Shown: positions 28,733 through 38,900, counted from the first letter of the stretch. The stretch: DNA of 64,000 nt from Corallococcus sp. NCRR (GCF_026965535.1 NZ_CP114039.1:8227461-8291460), one strand, 5' to 3'. The notes: a model not told the origin generated them from the sequence alone. A program made the numbers and translations.

Positions 28733-30322
28733 TCAACCGGGCCGGTAGACGCGGTAGTCCAGCTCGGGGAACAGGTTGTTGCGTCCTTCGACGTGGGACA
28801 GCCAGGACTCGTCCACGGTTCCGGCGCGCACCTGATCGTGCAGGCGCAGGAAGCGCTGGAGGTGCTCCTTCGTGCGGCGCACGGCGTAGTCCACCATGGT
28901 GCCGGTCTTCATGATGAAGGCCCAGTCGGAGGACTGCGCCAGCAGCAGCTCACGCGCGGCCTGGTTCAGGGCCCGGCGCTTGAGCGACGGCGCGTCCGGG
29001 AAGTCCCGGGCCAGCTCCACCATCTGCCGCGCGGCGTGGTTCAGGTGCCGGTAGATCCAGTCGTTCGTGCCATCCAGCCACATGTTCGCGTAGCCGCCCG
29101 CGCCCCAGGACGACAGGGGCGGCGTGGCCACCTGGTTCTCCGGGTGCTCGCGCAGGTCGTCCAGCGGGCTGATGAGCGTGAAGCGGCTGGGGTTGCGCGC
29201 GGCCTGGCGGATGAGGGCGTCGATGAAGTGGGGACCCTCGAACCACCAGTGGCCGAAGAGCTCCGCGTCATAGGGCGCGACGACCACGGGCTTGCGGCCG
29301 CCCATGCGCGACGCGAGGTATTCGAACTGGCGCTCGCGGTTGAAGAGGAAGTTGCCCGCGTGGACCCAGGCGCGCTCGCGGGCGGCGGCCGGGTTGTAGG
29401 GCTGCTTGTCGTTCGTCTTGCCGGTGATGCGGAAGTACTTGAAGCCGGTGTTCTTACGGTCGCCGGTGGGCTGGATGAAGGGCCGGATGTAGTCCAGGTC
29501 CAGGTCCCAGCCGATGTCCCGGTAGAACTCGCGGTAGACGGGGTCGCCGGGGTAGCCGTGCTCGGTGCTCCAGACCTGCTGGCTGCTCTCCGGGTCGCGC
29601 GCGAAGGCGGCCACGCCGGGCTCGGTGAAGATGGGCGCGTAGGGGCCGTGCAGCGGGCGCGGCGTGGCGTCCGTGAGCGCGTGCGTGTCCACGAAGAAGT
29701 AGCGGATGCGCTCGGCGGAGAGGATGCGCTCCAGGCCCGGGTAGTAGCCGCACTCGGCCAGCCAGATGCCGGCGGGGTCGCGGCCGAAGTTCTGGCGGTA
29801 GTGGTTCGCCGCGACCGTCACCTGCGCGCGCACGGCCTCCGGCGTCTGCTGCATGAGCGGCAGGAAGCCGTGGGTCGCGTTGCAGGTGAGGATGTCCAGG
29901 TGGCCTGCGTCCTGGAGCCTGCGGAACGCGGCCACCAGGTCGCGCCGGTAGTGGTTGTGGTACGCGAGCCGCAGCGATTCGAAGTGGTCGCGGTGGAAGA
30001 CGGCCAGCGGGTGGAAGGTGGGGTCGTCCCGGGTGCGGTGCACCTCGCGCGCGCCCAGCTCGCAGAGCGAATCCAGCCGCTTCGCGTAGCGCTCCCGCAG
30101 CAGGTCGTCGTTGAGCATCGACACGAGCGTGGGCGAGAGCGTCATCGTCACCCGGAAGGGGACGCGGTCCTCGACCAGTCTGTCGAACACGCGCAAGAGC
30201 GGCAGGTACGTCTCGGAGATGGCCTCGTAGAGCCAGTCCTCCTCGAGGAAGTCTTCGTATTCGGGATGGCGGACGAACGGCAGGTGCGCGTGAAGGACCA
30301 GCGCGAGGGAGCCCAGGCTCAT
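28733..30322 (-). CDS. Glycoside hydrolase family 57, 1,4-alpha-glucan branching enzyme-like (DUF1957)
   Basis: Start at MSLGSLALVLHAHLPFVRHPEYE, the canonical GH57 N-terminus. The GH57 catalytic core is present throughout. Confidence 0.85.
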   Translation of the reverse strand: MSLGSLALVLHAHLPFVRHPEYEDFLEEDWLYEAISETYLPLLRVFDRLVEDRVPFRVTMTLSPTLVSMLNDDLLRERYAKRLDSLCELGAREVHRTRDDPTFHPLAVFHRDHFESLRLAYHNHYRRDLVAAFRRLQDAGHLDILTCNATHGFLPLMQQTPEAVRAQVTVAANHYRQNFGRDPAGIWLAECGYYPGLERILSAERIRYFFVDTHALTDATPRPLHGPYAPIFTEPGVAAFARDPESSQQVWSTEHGYPGDPVYREFYRDIGWDLDLDYIRPFIQPTGDRKNTGFKYFRITGKTNDKQPYNPAAARERAWVHAGNFLFNRERQFEYLASRMGGRKPVVVAPYDAELFGHWWFEGPHFIDALIRQAARNPSRFTLISPLDDLREHPENQVATPPLSSWGAGGYANMWLDGTNDWIYRHLNHAARQMVELARDFPDAPSLKRRALNQAARELLLAQSSDWAFIMKTGTMVDYAVRRTKEHLQRFLRLHDQVRAGTVDESWLSHVEGRNNLFPELDYRVYRPG

Positions 30323-30348
30323 AGGTCGGTCGGAGAAGCCGTGCGGGT

Positions 30349-32922
30349 TCACTTCCGTCCACGGCGCGAGGGCCGGGACTTGGAGGAGGACTTGGAGCCC
30401 GAGGGCTGGGGCTCCGGTGCTTTCGGGGCCGCCTTCGCGGGCTCGGCGGGTGGGGACTTCACGGCCTGCGTCTTCGCGGGCGGAGTGCTCGGAGCCGCCG
30501 GGCCTTCCACCTTCGCGGGCACGGAGGCAGGTGCGGCCCGTCGCGCGGCTTCAGTGGCCTCGCGGGCCTTGTCGAGGGCACGCTGTTCGGACGCGGAGGG
30601 ACCGCGAGCCACGCTCAAGGCCCACGGGTCCTTGGGAGGCTCCGGCTCCGTGGGCCGCCACGAATCCGTGGAGGCCATTTCCTGCGTTGATGGGGCGGAC
30701 AAGACCGAACCCGGAGCCTGCGCGGCGGGACGCGACGACGAGAGGTCCCGCGCTTCGAGCGCGTCGCCCTGTGAGCGCGGCGTCTCTGGAGACCAGGCAT
30801 CCGAGCCCCCGGCCGCACGCGATACCCCGGGCTGATCCGAAGCGCGATCCAGGGACAGGTGGCGCTGATCCGAAGTCCCTGCCGCTCGGGGCGCCGTGGG
30901 ATATTGCTGATCCGGCGCATCCGTGGCGCGATCCACGGACAGGTAGCGCTGATCCGAAGCGCCCGCCGCCCGTGGCACGGTGAGGTACTGCTGGTCCGAT
31001 GCGCCCGTGGCACGCTCCGCGGACAGGTACCGCTGGTCCGAAGCCCCAGCCGTACGCGGCACGGTCAGGTACTGCTGATCCGATGCGCCCGTGACGCGCT
31101 CGGCGGACAGATACCGCTGGTCCGAAGCGCCGGCCGCGCGAGACACGGTCAGGTACTGCTGGTCCGAAGCGCCCGCGGCACGAGGGACACTCAAGTACTG
31201 CTGGTCCGACGCACCCGCCGCGCGAGGCACGGTCAGGTACCGCTGATCCGAAATCCCCGGCGCATGCCGCGCACCCTGGGTCCCCTGCCCTCCCGCGACG
31301 TATCGCTGGTCCGAAGCGCCCGGTGCACGCGGCACCTCCAGATACCGGTACTCCGAAACGCCACCTGGCAGCGCCTCCCCGTACCGCTGGTCCGAAGCGG
31401 CCGGCGCACGCGGCACCTCCAGATACGAAGACGCCACGTCGTAGCGCTGCTCCGAGGCACCCGGTGCGCGCGGCACCTCCAGATACGGAGACGCCACGTC
31501 ATAGCGCTGGTCCGACGCGCCCGGAGCCAACTCCACGGCCAGGTAGCGCTGATCCGACGCCCCGGGTGCGCGGGACGGGGCCAGCACCGCGCCCTCACCG
31601 AGCGTCGCCTCCCCCACGCGCGCATACTGCTGATCCGACGCCCCTGGCGCTCGCGGCGCGCTCTCCAGATACGCCTCTTCCACGTAGCGCTGATCCGACG
31701 CCCCGGGGACGCGCGGCGCGTCGACATACGCCTCGGTGCGCTCGCGGTGGACCTCCGGCACATCCGCCACCCCGGCGCTCCCGGGCAACTTCACCCGGCG
31801 CCAGGTGACGTACTCGCGCTCCTCCACCCGGGGACCACGCGCGGTCGCCGCGGCGGGAACGGCTTCGCGCGACCGGTCCACCACCGGCGGAGGCGGCATG
31901 CGCAGGAAACGGATGGACGTGTCCTCCGATGGCCCCGCGGGCGGCAGCGTGGCCCGATTGGACGAATGTCCAATGCGGCGCGACCGGCCATCCGAACCGA
32001 CGAAGTGTGCCTCCACCCGGTACGTGCGCCCGGGCGTCATGCCCTGCAGATAGAAGCTGCGCGACTCCAGCGCGAAGTCCACCTCGCGCGACACGCCCTC
32101 GCCGTCGAACACCTTCATCACCGCGCGCGGCACCGGCAGGCCATCCAGCGCCCGGCTCCGGCTCGCGTCACTGAAGTCCCAGAAGACGAAGAGCGTGTGC
32201 GGATCCCTCGCGAGCAGCACCATCGCGTCGTCCTGGTAGTCCAGGGGCAGCATGGCCAGGTGCTCGTCGCGCTCGGGCGACACGTCCGCCGGAGGAAGGC
32301 GCGGCGCGTGCTCCTCCAACAGGTGATGGCGGCGCGCCTCCTTCTCTCCCGCCATCTTCGTCACGAAGAACCCCTCCACCAGGGGCTCGGCGGCATGCGG
32401 CGGCTCACTCGCGGGCGAGGGCGGCGCGGCGGCGGGCGGGTCCTCACTGGGAGCGCTCGACGGGCGCGGCGTGGGCGCTTCCGGCGACAGGGACAGCGTG
32501 TCCTCGTCGTCCGGATCGCGGCGCGCCTTCCCGCGGGCAGGGAACGTCACCACGCGCGCGGGCCGCGTCTTGGGGCCTCCGCCAGGCTCCGTGATGGGCT
32601 CCTCGGAAAGTTCTCGTGCCTGCGGCGCGGCGGCGCTCTCGGGCGGAGGCAGGGGCACGGACCCGGAGGTCGGAGCCTTGGCGGACTGGGACTCCGCCGG
32701 GCCGGAATCCAGGGTCCGCTCCTCGCCCCCCACGGCACCGGAGCCCCGCCGGGACGTCGCCAGCCCGGCCATGCGCGCGAGCCGCCCCAGGGCGGGAATG
32801 CGCTCGGCCAGCGAGGTGACCAGCTCCCGCCCGCGGGACGCGCCAGCTCCTTCCCGGAGGTATTTCCGGGCCAGCTGCCGCAGGTAGCTCACGGTGACGC
32901 CCTTCCGCTCATCCATGGACAC
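30349..32922 (-). CDS. Rho_N-like plus DUF4912 domain protein with a ~290-aa expansion of tandem 13-aa repeats (PRAxGASDQ[QR]YL[ST]V) and a Lys/Pro/Ala-rich C-terminus
   Basis: The N-terminus (VTVSYLRQLARKYL) resembles the Rho termination factor N-terminal motif, and the DUF4912 core is MVLLARDPHTLFVFWDF. About 22 degenerate repeats follow. Its stop overlaps the GH57 start region, suggesting co-transcription. Confidence 0.7.
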   Translation of the reverse strand: MSMDERKGVTVSYLRQLARKYLREGAGASRGRELVTSLAERIPALGRLARMAGLATSRRGSGAVGGEERTLDSGPAESQSAKAPTSGSVPLPPPESAAAPQARELSEEPITEPGGGPKTRPARVVTFPARGKARRDPDDEDTLSLSPEAPTPRPSSAPSEDPPAAAPPSPASEPPHAAEPLVEGFFVTKMAGEKEARRHHLLEEHAPRLPPADVSPERDEHLAMLPLDYQDDAMVLLARDPHTLFVFWDFSDASRSRALDGLPVPRAVMKVFDGEGVSREVDFALESRSFYLQGMTPGRTYRVEAHFVGSDGRSRRIGHSSNRATLPPAGPSEDTSIRFLRMPPPPVVDRSREAVPAAATARGPRVEEREYVTWRRVKLPGSAGVADVPEVHRERTEAYVDAPRVPGASDQRYVEEAYLESAPRAPGASDQQYARVGEATLGEGAVLAPSRAPGASDQRYLAVELAPGASDQRYDVASPYLEVPRAPGASEQRYDVASSYLEVPRAPAASDQRYGEALPGGVSEYRYLEVPRAPGASDQRYVAGGQGTQGARHAPGISDQRYLTVPRAAGASDQQYLSVPRAAGASDQQYLTVSRAAGASDQRYLSAERVTGASDQQYLTVPRTAGASDQRYLSAERATGASDQQYLTVPRAAGASDQRYLSVDRATDAPDQQYPTAPRAAGTSDQRHLSLDRASDQPGVSRAAGGSDAWSPETPRSQGDALEARDLSSSRPAAQAPGSVLSAPSTQEMASTDSWRPTEPEPPKDPWALSVARGPSASEQRALDKAREATEAARRAAPASVPAKVEGPAAPSTPPAKTQAVKSPPAEPAKAAPKAPEPQPSGSKSSSKSRPSRRGRK
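30840..31720. repeat. Intragenic tandem repeat array, ~39-bp period, ~22 copies (consensus CTG[AG]TCCGA[AT]GCGCCCG..GC.CG...AGGTAC), encoding GASDQ[QR]YL repeats on the minus strand
   Basis: Seen directly in the sequence and the translated ORF. The copies are imperfect (about 70-90% identity). Confidence 0.8.
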
Positions 32923-32959
32923 CTCGCCTCGTTATGACGCGGCATACAGGGGGTCAACG

Positions 32960-33011
32960 CATCCGTCACGGGATGTGTTGTTCCGCCGACCCCCTTCTTC
33001 ATCCGTCACGG
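32960..33011. promoter_or_regulatory. Two direct 12-bp repeats CATCCGTCACGG (32960-32971 and 33000-33011) in the divergent promoter between the DUF4912 gene and the GT4 gene
   Basis: Exact 12-mer duplicated at 40-bp spacing (about 4 helical turns) inside a 129-bp divergent intergenic region. Confidence 0.3.
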
Positions 33012-33051
33012 CCGATGACACCTCACCCCTGTCCAAGTATCCTGCGACCGC

Positions 33052-35895
33052 TTGAGTGACCTGCCCAGACTTCTCCTGTGCAGCTTTGACGTCATCCCCG
33101 GCCCGTCTGGCTCCTCACGCCGACTGACCGAGTATCTGAAGGCGTTGCCTGATCGCTTCTCCGTGGTGGTGCTGTCGGCGAAGACGCCCGACCACTCCCA
33201 TATCGAGAAGTACCAGGGCGCCCGGCTGCTCCGCGTCCCGGTAGGCTCCGGGGACCTGGCGTCGCGCATCCAGTCCTTTGAACGGGCCGTGCGCCGCCAG
33301 CTCGAAAGCGAGGACTACGCCCTCGCCCACTTCACGGACCCCTTCGGGGGGTACGCGCTGTGCGAGCTGAAGGCGGACTATGGCTACCGCCTCATCTATG
33401 AGGCGCAGACGTTCCCGTCCCAGGAGCTGCGCTACACCCATCCTCAGACGGACGGGGACCGCCGCTTCCTGTCGAAGATCCGCCGCCAGGAGCTGTTCTG
33501 CCTGATGAACGCGGACCTCGTCGTCACCGGCTCGCAGACGACGCGCGCGTTCATCCAGGGGCTGGGCGCGGCGGAGGACCAGCTGCGGACGATTCGCGCG
33601 CCCGTGGACCTGAAGCCGTACGACCCGGAGGTGCTCGGCGCCCCGGACGGTTCGCCCCTGCGCATGATGTACCTGGGCAGCCACGTGGGCTGGCAGGGCC
33701 TGCCCACCCTCCTGCGCGCCACGGCGCTCGCGGCCCAGCAGGTGGACGTGCGCCTGACGCTGGTGGGCGCGCACCATCCGGACTGGAAGCCCCACCTGGA
33801 GGACCTGGTCAACGACCTGGGCATCAAGGAGAAGGTCGACTTCCAGCCGCCCGTCGCGCACGACGACCTGGTCAAGGTGCTGGCGCTGGCGGACGTGGGC
33901 GTGCTGCCGCTGGACGACTCGGAGCGCAACCGGCTCCAGGGTGGACCGCTGGCCAAGGTCTCCGAGTACCTGGCCGCCGGCCGGCCGGTCATCGCCGCGG
34001 ACCTGCCCGTCACCCGCGAGCTGCTTCCGAAGGACGCGGCCCTCTTCTTCCCTCCGGGCGACGCACGCGCGCTCTCCGAGCGCATCCTGGACCTGGCGCG
34101 CGACGTGCCCCGCCGCGTGGCGCTGGGCAAGGCCGGGCGCGCGTTCGCGGAGAAGGTGCTGGACGCGGGCCTCATCCGGGGCCAGCTGCTGGACCTCTAC
34201 GACTCGCTGCTGGAGAAGCGCGGCCACGTCCCGGTCGAGGCCGCCAGCGAACCGCCCGACGTCACGATGACGGGCACGCCCACGAACCGGCTCGCGAGCC
34301 TGGGCATGCCGGAGGCGTCCCAGCCCGCGGCGCCCAAGCCGCCCGCGAAGCCCGCGGCCCAGGCCACGTCCGACGAAGCCGCCCCGCCCCCCGCGAAGGA
34401 TGGCGCGGAGGACGCGCCCGTGGTGATGGGCATGGCCCTGGACGACGGGATGGATACCCGGCTCGTCAAGACCGAGCCGGACATGCGGCCGGACGAAGTG
34501 CCCATGGTCATGGGCCTGCCGCTGCGCGAGTCCGCCAAGGCCCCTCCGGCCTCCGAGAGCAGGGACGCCACGCCGCCTCCTCCGGAGCCCCCGGCCGCGC
34601 CCCAGACGACCGCCGCCACCGCGAAGGACGAGGAGCCGGAACCGCTGGGAGGCCGTGGCTCGGAGCCGGCGCCGCCCACGGAGATGGTGACGAGCCCCCT
34701 GGTGAAGGCCCTCGGCTTGAAGGATGCCGGTGGGGACGACGCCGGGGATGCGGAGGCCCGCGCCTCCGAGGATGCCTCCGCTGGAGCGACGGCGGTGGTG
34801 CGCCGGCCGGTGGAGGTCGCCGAGGACGACACGAGCGCGCCAGCCCCCACGCCCATCGTGCGCCGGCCAGCCGCCGAGGACGAGGCCCCCGCGCCCACGC
34901 CCATCGTGCGCAGGCCAGCCTCCGAGGACGAAGAACGCGCCCCTACGCCCGTCGTGCGCAAGCCAGCCTCCGAGGACGAGGCCCCCGCGCCCACGCCAGT
35001 CGTGCGCAGGCCCTTGCCGGAAGACGAGCCTCCCGCGGCCACGCCCATCGTGCGGCGCCCCACCTCCCCCTCCGAGGATGAGGAGCGGGCCCCCACGCCC
35101 GTCGTGCGCCGGGCCGGCGTCATGCGCGATGAGGAGGAGGCCCCCGCGCCCACGCCCATCGTGCCCATGCGCTCGTTGCTGACCGGCGCGCGAAGCACGA
35201 ACGCCGGCCGTGCGCAGCGGCCGCAGGACTCCGCTCCCTCTGAACCCCCGCGTCTCTTCCCCACTCCCCCTCCCATGGCCGACGCGGACAAACCGCCCAT
35301 CCGTGGCGGCCTCGCCGCGGATCCAGGCCGGCCCGCCTCCCGCCCTCCGGTGCTCACGGAGTCCGACAAGCCGCCCATCCGGGGAGGCTCCATCTCCGAC
35401 GCGGACCGCCCGCCGCAGCTGCCGCCCCGCGCCGTCGCGCCGCCGCCCGTTCCGCGCCAGGGACCGCCGCCCCGGCTGAGCCCCACGCCGCCCGTGCTGA
35501 AGCCCTCCACGGCCACGGCCTCGGACGACGAGCCGGAGGAGATCGCCGCCGACGAGGCCCAGTCCCTGGACGACGACGCCGGGCACACGCCCGCCAACGC
35601 CAGCGCGGCGCTGGACGAGGCCGAGGAGATCGGCGCGGACGAGGTCCACGACGCGGACTCGCTCGACGTGGAGGCCGCGGACACCGAGGACCCGGGGCCG
35701 CCGCCCGCGCCGCCCGACTCCACCCTCAACCCGTGGTTCGCCCAGCTGGCGCACGGGTACTGTCCCCCCGAGGGCGCCCGCTTCGCCCGACCCACCCCGC
35801 CCACCAACTTCCCCGGGCGGGATCCGGAAGCAGGCGTGTCCCCCGGGTCGGTCCCCCCTGTCGGCCAGGGAGCGGTTCGCGGCAAGAACTCGTGA
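33052..35895 (+). CDS. GT4 (GT1-fold) glycosyltransferase, N-terminal ~400 aa, fused to a ~550-aa Pro/Ala/Glu-rich disordered tail containing six tandem ~19-aa repeats (APAPTP[IV]VRRPAxEDEx)
   Basis: Apparent TTG start. The GT4 C-terminal Rossmann half is recognisable (LTLVGAHHPD...VGVLPL...EYLAAGRPVIAADLP). The tail is low complexity with 57-bp DNA repeats. Confidence 0.7.
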   Translation: MSDLPRLLLCSFDVIPGPSGSSRRLTEYLKALPDRFSVVVLSAKTPDHSHIEKYQGARLLRVPVGSGDLASRIQSFERAVRRQLESEDYALAHFTDPFGGYALCELKADYGYRLIYEAQTFPSQELRYTHPQTDGDRRFLSKIRRQELFCLMNADLVVTGSQTTRAFIQGLGAAEDQLRTIRAPVDLKPYDPEVLGAPDGSPLRMMYLGSHVGWQGLPTLLRATALAAQQVDVRLTLVGAHHPDWKPHLEDLVNDLGIKEKVDFQPPVAHDDLVKVLALADVGVLPLDDSERNRLQGGPLAKVSEYLAAGRPVIAADLPVTRELLPKDAALFFPPGDARALSERILDLARDVPRRVALGKAGRAFAEKVLDAGLIRGQLLDLYDSLLEKRGHVPVEAASEPPDVTMTGTPTNRLASLGMPEASQPAAPKPPAKPAAQATSDEAAPPPAKDGAEDAPVVMGMALDDGMDTRLVKTEPDMRPDEVPMVMGLPLRESAKAPPASESRDATPPPPEPPAAPQTTAATAKDEEPEPLGGRGSEPAPPTEMVTSPLVKALGLKDAGGDDAGDAEARASEDASAGATAVVRRPVEVAEDDTSAPAPTPIVRRPAAEDEAPAPTPIVRRPASEDEERAPTPVVRKPASEDEAPAPTPVVRRPLPEDEPPAATPIVRRPTSPSEDEERAPTPVVRRAGVMRDEEEAPAPTPIVPMRSLLTGARSTNAGRAQRPQDSAPSEPPRLFPTPPPMADADKPPIRGGLAADPGRPASRPPVLTESDKPPIRGGSISDADRPPQLPPRAVAPPPVPRQGPPPRLSPTPPVLKPSTATASDDEPEEIAADEAQSLDDDAGHTPANASAALDEAEEIGADEVHDADSLDVEAADTEDPGPPPAPPDSTLNPWFAQLAHGYCPPEGARFARPTPPTNFPGRDPEAGVSPGSVPPVGQGAVRGKNS
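34837..35165. repeat. Intragenic tandem repeat, 57-bp period, ~6 copies, encoding APAPTPIVRRPA[AS]EDE repeats of the GT4 tail
   Basis: Seen directly in the sequence (GCGCCCACGCCCATCGTGCGCAGGCCAGCCTCCGAGGACGA...). Confidence 0.8.
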
Positions 35896-35994
35896 GGCAG
35901 CCGACCGAGCACCGCTCGGAAACTTCCCAAGCCTTGCGCCCGCCCGATAGGATGTGGCGGTTTTCACTGCACTTTTTGCTGGGTGAAGGGCTTC

Positions 35995-38900
35995 ATGGAG
36001 CGTCGCGTCCTCATCGTCGAAAGCCAGAACGACTTCGCACTCAGCATGGCCTCCGTGCTCAAGAGCGCGGGCTACAACACGGCCATGGCCACCACTGCGT
36101 CAGACGCGCAGCGGGAGCTGGAGAAGCGCCGACCCGACCTCGTCGTCGTGCGCGCGGAGCTGCCGGACCAGTCCGGCTTCGCCCTCTGTGGGCAGATCAA
36201 GAAGGGCAAGTGGGGCCAGAACCTCAAGGTCCTCCTGCTCTCCTCCGACTCCGGCGTGGAGGGTCTGAACAAACACCGTGAGACGCCGGCCGCCGCGGAC
36301 GGCTACCTCGTCATCCCGTTCGAGATGGGCGAGCTGGCCTCCATGAGCGCCGGCATCGTGCCGCCCGGCTCCGACGAGTCCGACGCGGACCTGGACGCCG
36401 CGCTCTCCGGCACCCCGCGCGAAGCCCCGCCCCCCATGCCCGGCGTGCGCACGGGCGCTCCGCCGAAGCTGCCCAAGCGCGAGCGCCGCAGCGCGATGAC
36501 GGACGAGGACAAGTCCTTCATGGACCGGGCCTTCTCCTCCATCGCGGACCGCAAGGCGGAGCTGCTCGCGGAGTCGCGTCAGCTCAAGCGCCCGCCCCCG
36601 CGCCGCGAGCTGATGGGCACGCCCGAGGGTAAGATCCAGATCCTCCGGGACGAATTGAAGACGCGCGAAGCCCAGCTCGCGCGCCTGTCGGAAATCTGGA
36701 GCGTCCGCGAGCGCGAGCTGCTCTCCGTCGAGGACCGCCTCCACGAGAAGGACGTGGAACTGCAGGGCCTGAAGATGCAGGTGGACGACCTGCTGCGGCG
36801 CTTCAACGACGCGCAGCAGTCCATCGTCCAGAAGGAGCGCGAGCACGGCGCCACCGTCGACGACCTGCTGCTCCAGAAGTTCTCCTCGGAGAAGGACCTC
36901 ATCGAGGTCGTCGCCTCCAAGGAGAAGGACATCAACGTCCTGCGCAAGGAGGTCAACCTCCGCGACGAGGAGCTGGCCCGGCGCGGCGCGGACCTGGAGT
37001 CCTGGCGCAACGAGTTCGACAAGCTGGAGAAGCACCTCGGCGTCGTCACGCTGGAGTTCGAGGTCAAGGAGCAGAAGCTCCAGGACACCGTCCGCGCCAA
37101 CGAGGCGGACATCCTCCAGCTGCGTGAGCGCGGCGATCAGTTCGAGTCCGAGCTGTCCCGCACCGTCAGCGAGCGCGACCAGCGCTACGCCGAGCTGGAC
37201 GGTGAGCTTCAGGCCCTCCAGGAGCGGCTGACCCAGACGGAGCAGGAGCGCGACGCCACCGTGCGCGGCCTGGAGGCCCGGGCCACCACGGCGGAGGAGC
37301 ACGCCAGCCGTTCGGACGCGGAGATTGAGCGCCTCAACGCCGAGCGTGCCGCGCTGGAGCAGCGCCTCACGCAGCAGGTGGCGGACCTCGAGTCCGACAT
37401 CTCGCGCGTCACCGGCGAGCGCGACCAACTCCGGCTGGACAAGGACGCGCTGGAGCAGGACCTCACGCAGCGCGTGGAGGAGCGGGACGGGAAGCTGTCC
37501 GCGCTCGACCGCGAGCTGCAGGAGACCATCGCCCGCAACGAGAACAGCGAGGCCGAGCTCAACGCCACCATCCAGCAGCACCGCGAGCGCATCGGTGAGC
37601 TGGAGGGCGAGGTCGAGGCCGTCAAGACGCACCTGGAGGACCGCGAGAACGAGCTGACCGCGGAGCTCCAGGCGCTGCAGCAGGCCAAGGACGCGCTGGA
37701 GCAGGACCTCACCAGCCAGTTGGAGGACCTGCGCGCGGCGAAGGACGCCCTGGAGGCGGACCTCAACGGCCAGATTCAAGCGCTCACCGAGCAGTTGGAC
37801 GCGGCCCAGCGCCAGGGCGAACAGCTCTCCGCGCGCGTGGCCTCGCTCGAGGACACCGTCTCCCAGCGCGACGGCACCATCGAGGGCCTGCAGACCGACG
37901 TCTCCGACCGCGACGCCCGCATCGCCGAGCTGACCGGCAACCTGGAGGCCACGAGCCAGCAGCTCTCCGAGACGCAGAGCACGCTCTCCAGCACGGAAGC
38001 CACCCTCGCGGAGACGCGCGGCGAGTTGGAGGCCACCAGCCAGCAGCTCTCCGAGACGCAGGGCACGCTCTCCAACACGGAGGCCACCCTCTCCGAGACG
38101 CGCGGCGAGCTGGAGGCCACGAGCCAGCAGCTCTCCGAGACGCAGACGCGCCTGGCGCAGACGGAGGAGACGCTCTCCACCACGCGCGGTGAGCTCGAAG
38201 CCACCAGCCAGACGCTGGCCACCACCGAGTCCACGCTCGCGCAGACGCAGGAAACGCTGGCGCGCACGGAGGCTACGCTCTCCGAGACGCAGGCCACGCT
38301 CTCCAGCACCGAAGGCACGCTGGCGGAGACGCGCGGCGAGCTGGAGGCCACCAGCCAGACCCTGGCGGACACCCAGTCCAAGCTCGCGCAGACGGAGGAG
38401 ACGCTCTCCACCACGCGCGGTGAGCTGGAGGCCACCAGCCAGACCCTGGCGGACACGCAGGCCACCCTCTCCAGCACGGAGGGCACGCTCGCGGAGACGC
38501 GCGGGGAGCTGGAGGCCACCAGCCAGACGCTGACGGACACGCAGGCGAAGCTCGCGCAGACGGAAGGGACGCTCGCGTCCACCCAGGGCGAGCTGGAGGC
38601 CACCAGCCAGACGCTGGCCACCACCGAGTCCACGCTCGCGCAGACGCAGGACACGCTGGCGCGCACGGAAGGAACGCTCGCCGACACGCAGGCCACCCTC
38701 TCCAGCACCGAAGGCACGCTCGCGGAGACGCGCGGCGAGCTGGAGGCCACCAGCCAGACGCTCACGCAGACCCAGGAGACCCTGGAGTCGACGCGCGCGG
38801 ACCTGGCGAAGGTCACCCAGCACCGCGACGAGCTGGACGCGGAGCTCAACGAGACGCGCGACATCCTCCAGGAGACCAACGGCCTCCTCGCCCGCACCAC

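Noticed and set aside
30840-31720. Possibility that the 39-bp repeat array is a CRISPR array
   Set aside because: The repeats are contiguous with no unique spacers, are imperfect, lie inside a continuous ORF and encode a periodic peptide. No cas genes are nearby.
33115-35967. 950-aa minus-strand ORF, and the 34197..35930 minus ORF
   Set aside because: Both are antisense to the GT4 and Pro-rich-tail gene, with low-complexity Gly/Arg-rich translations.
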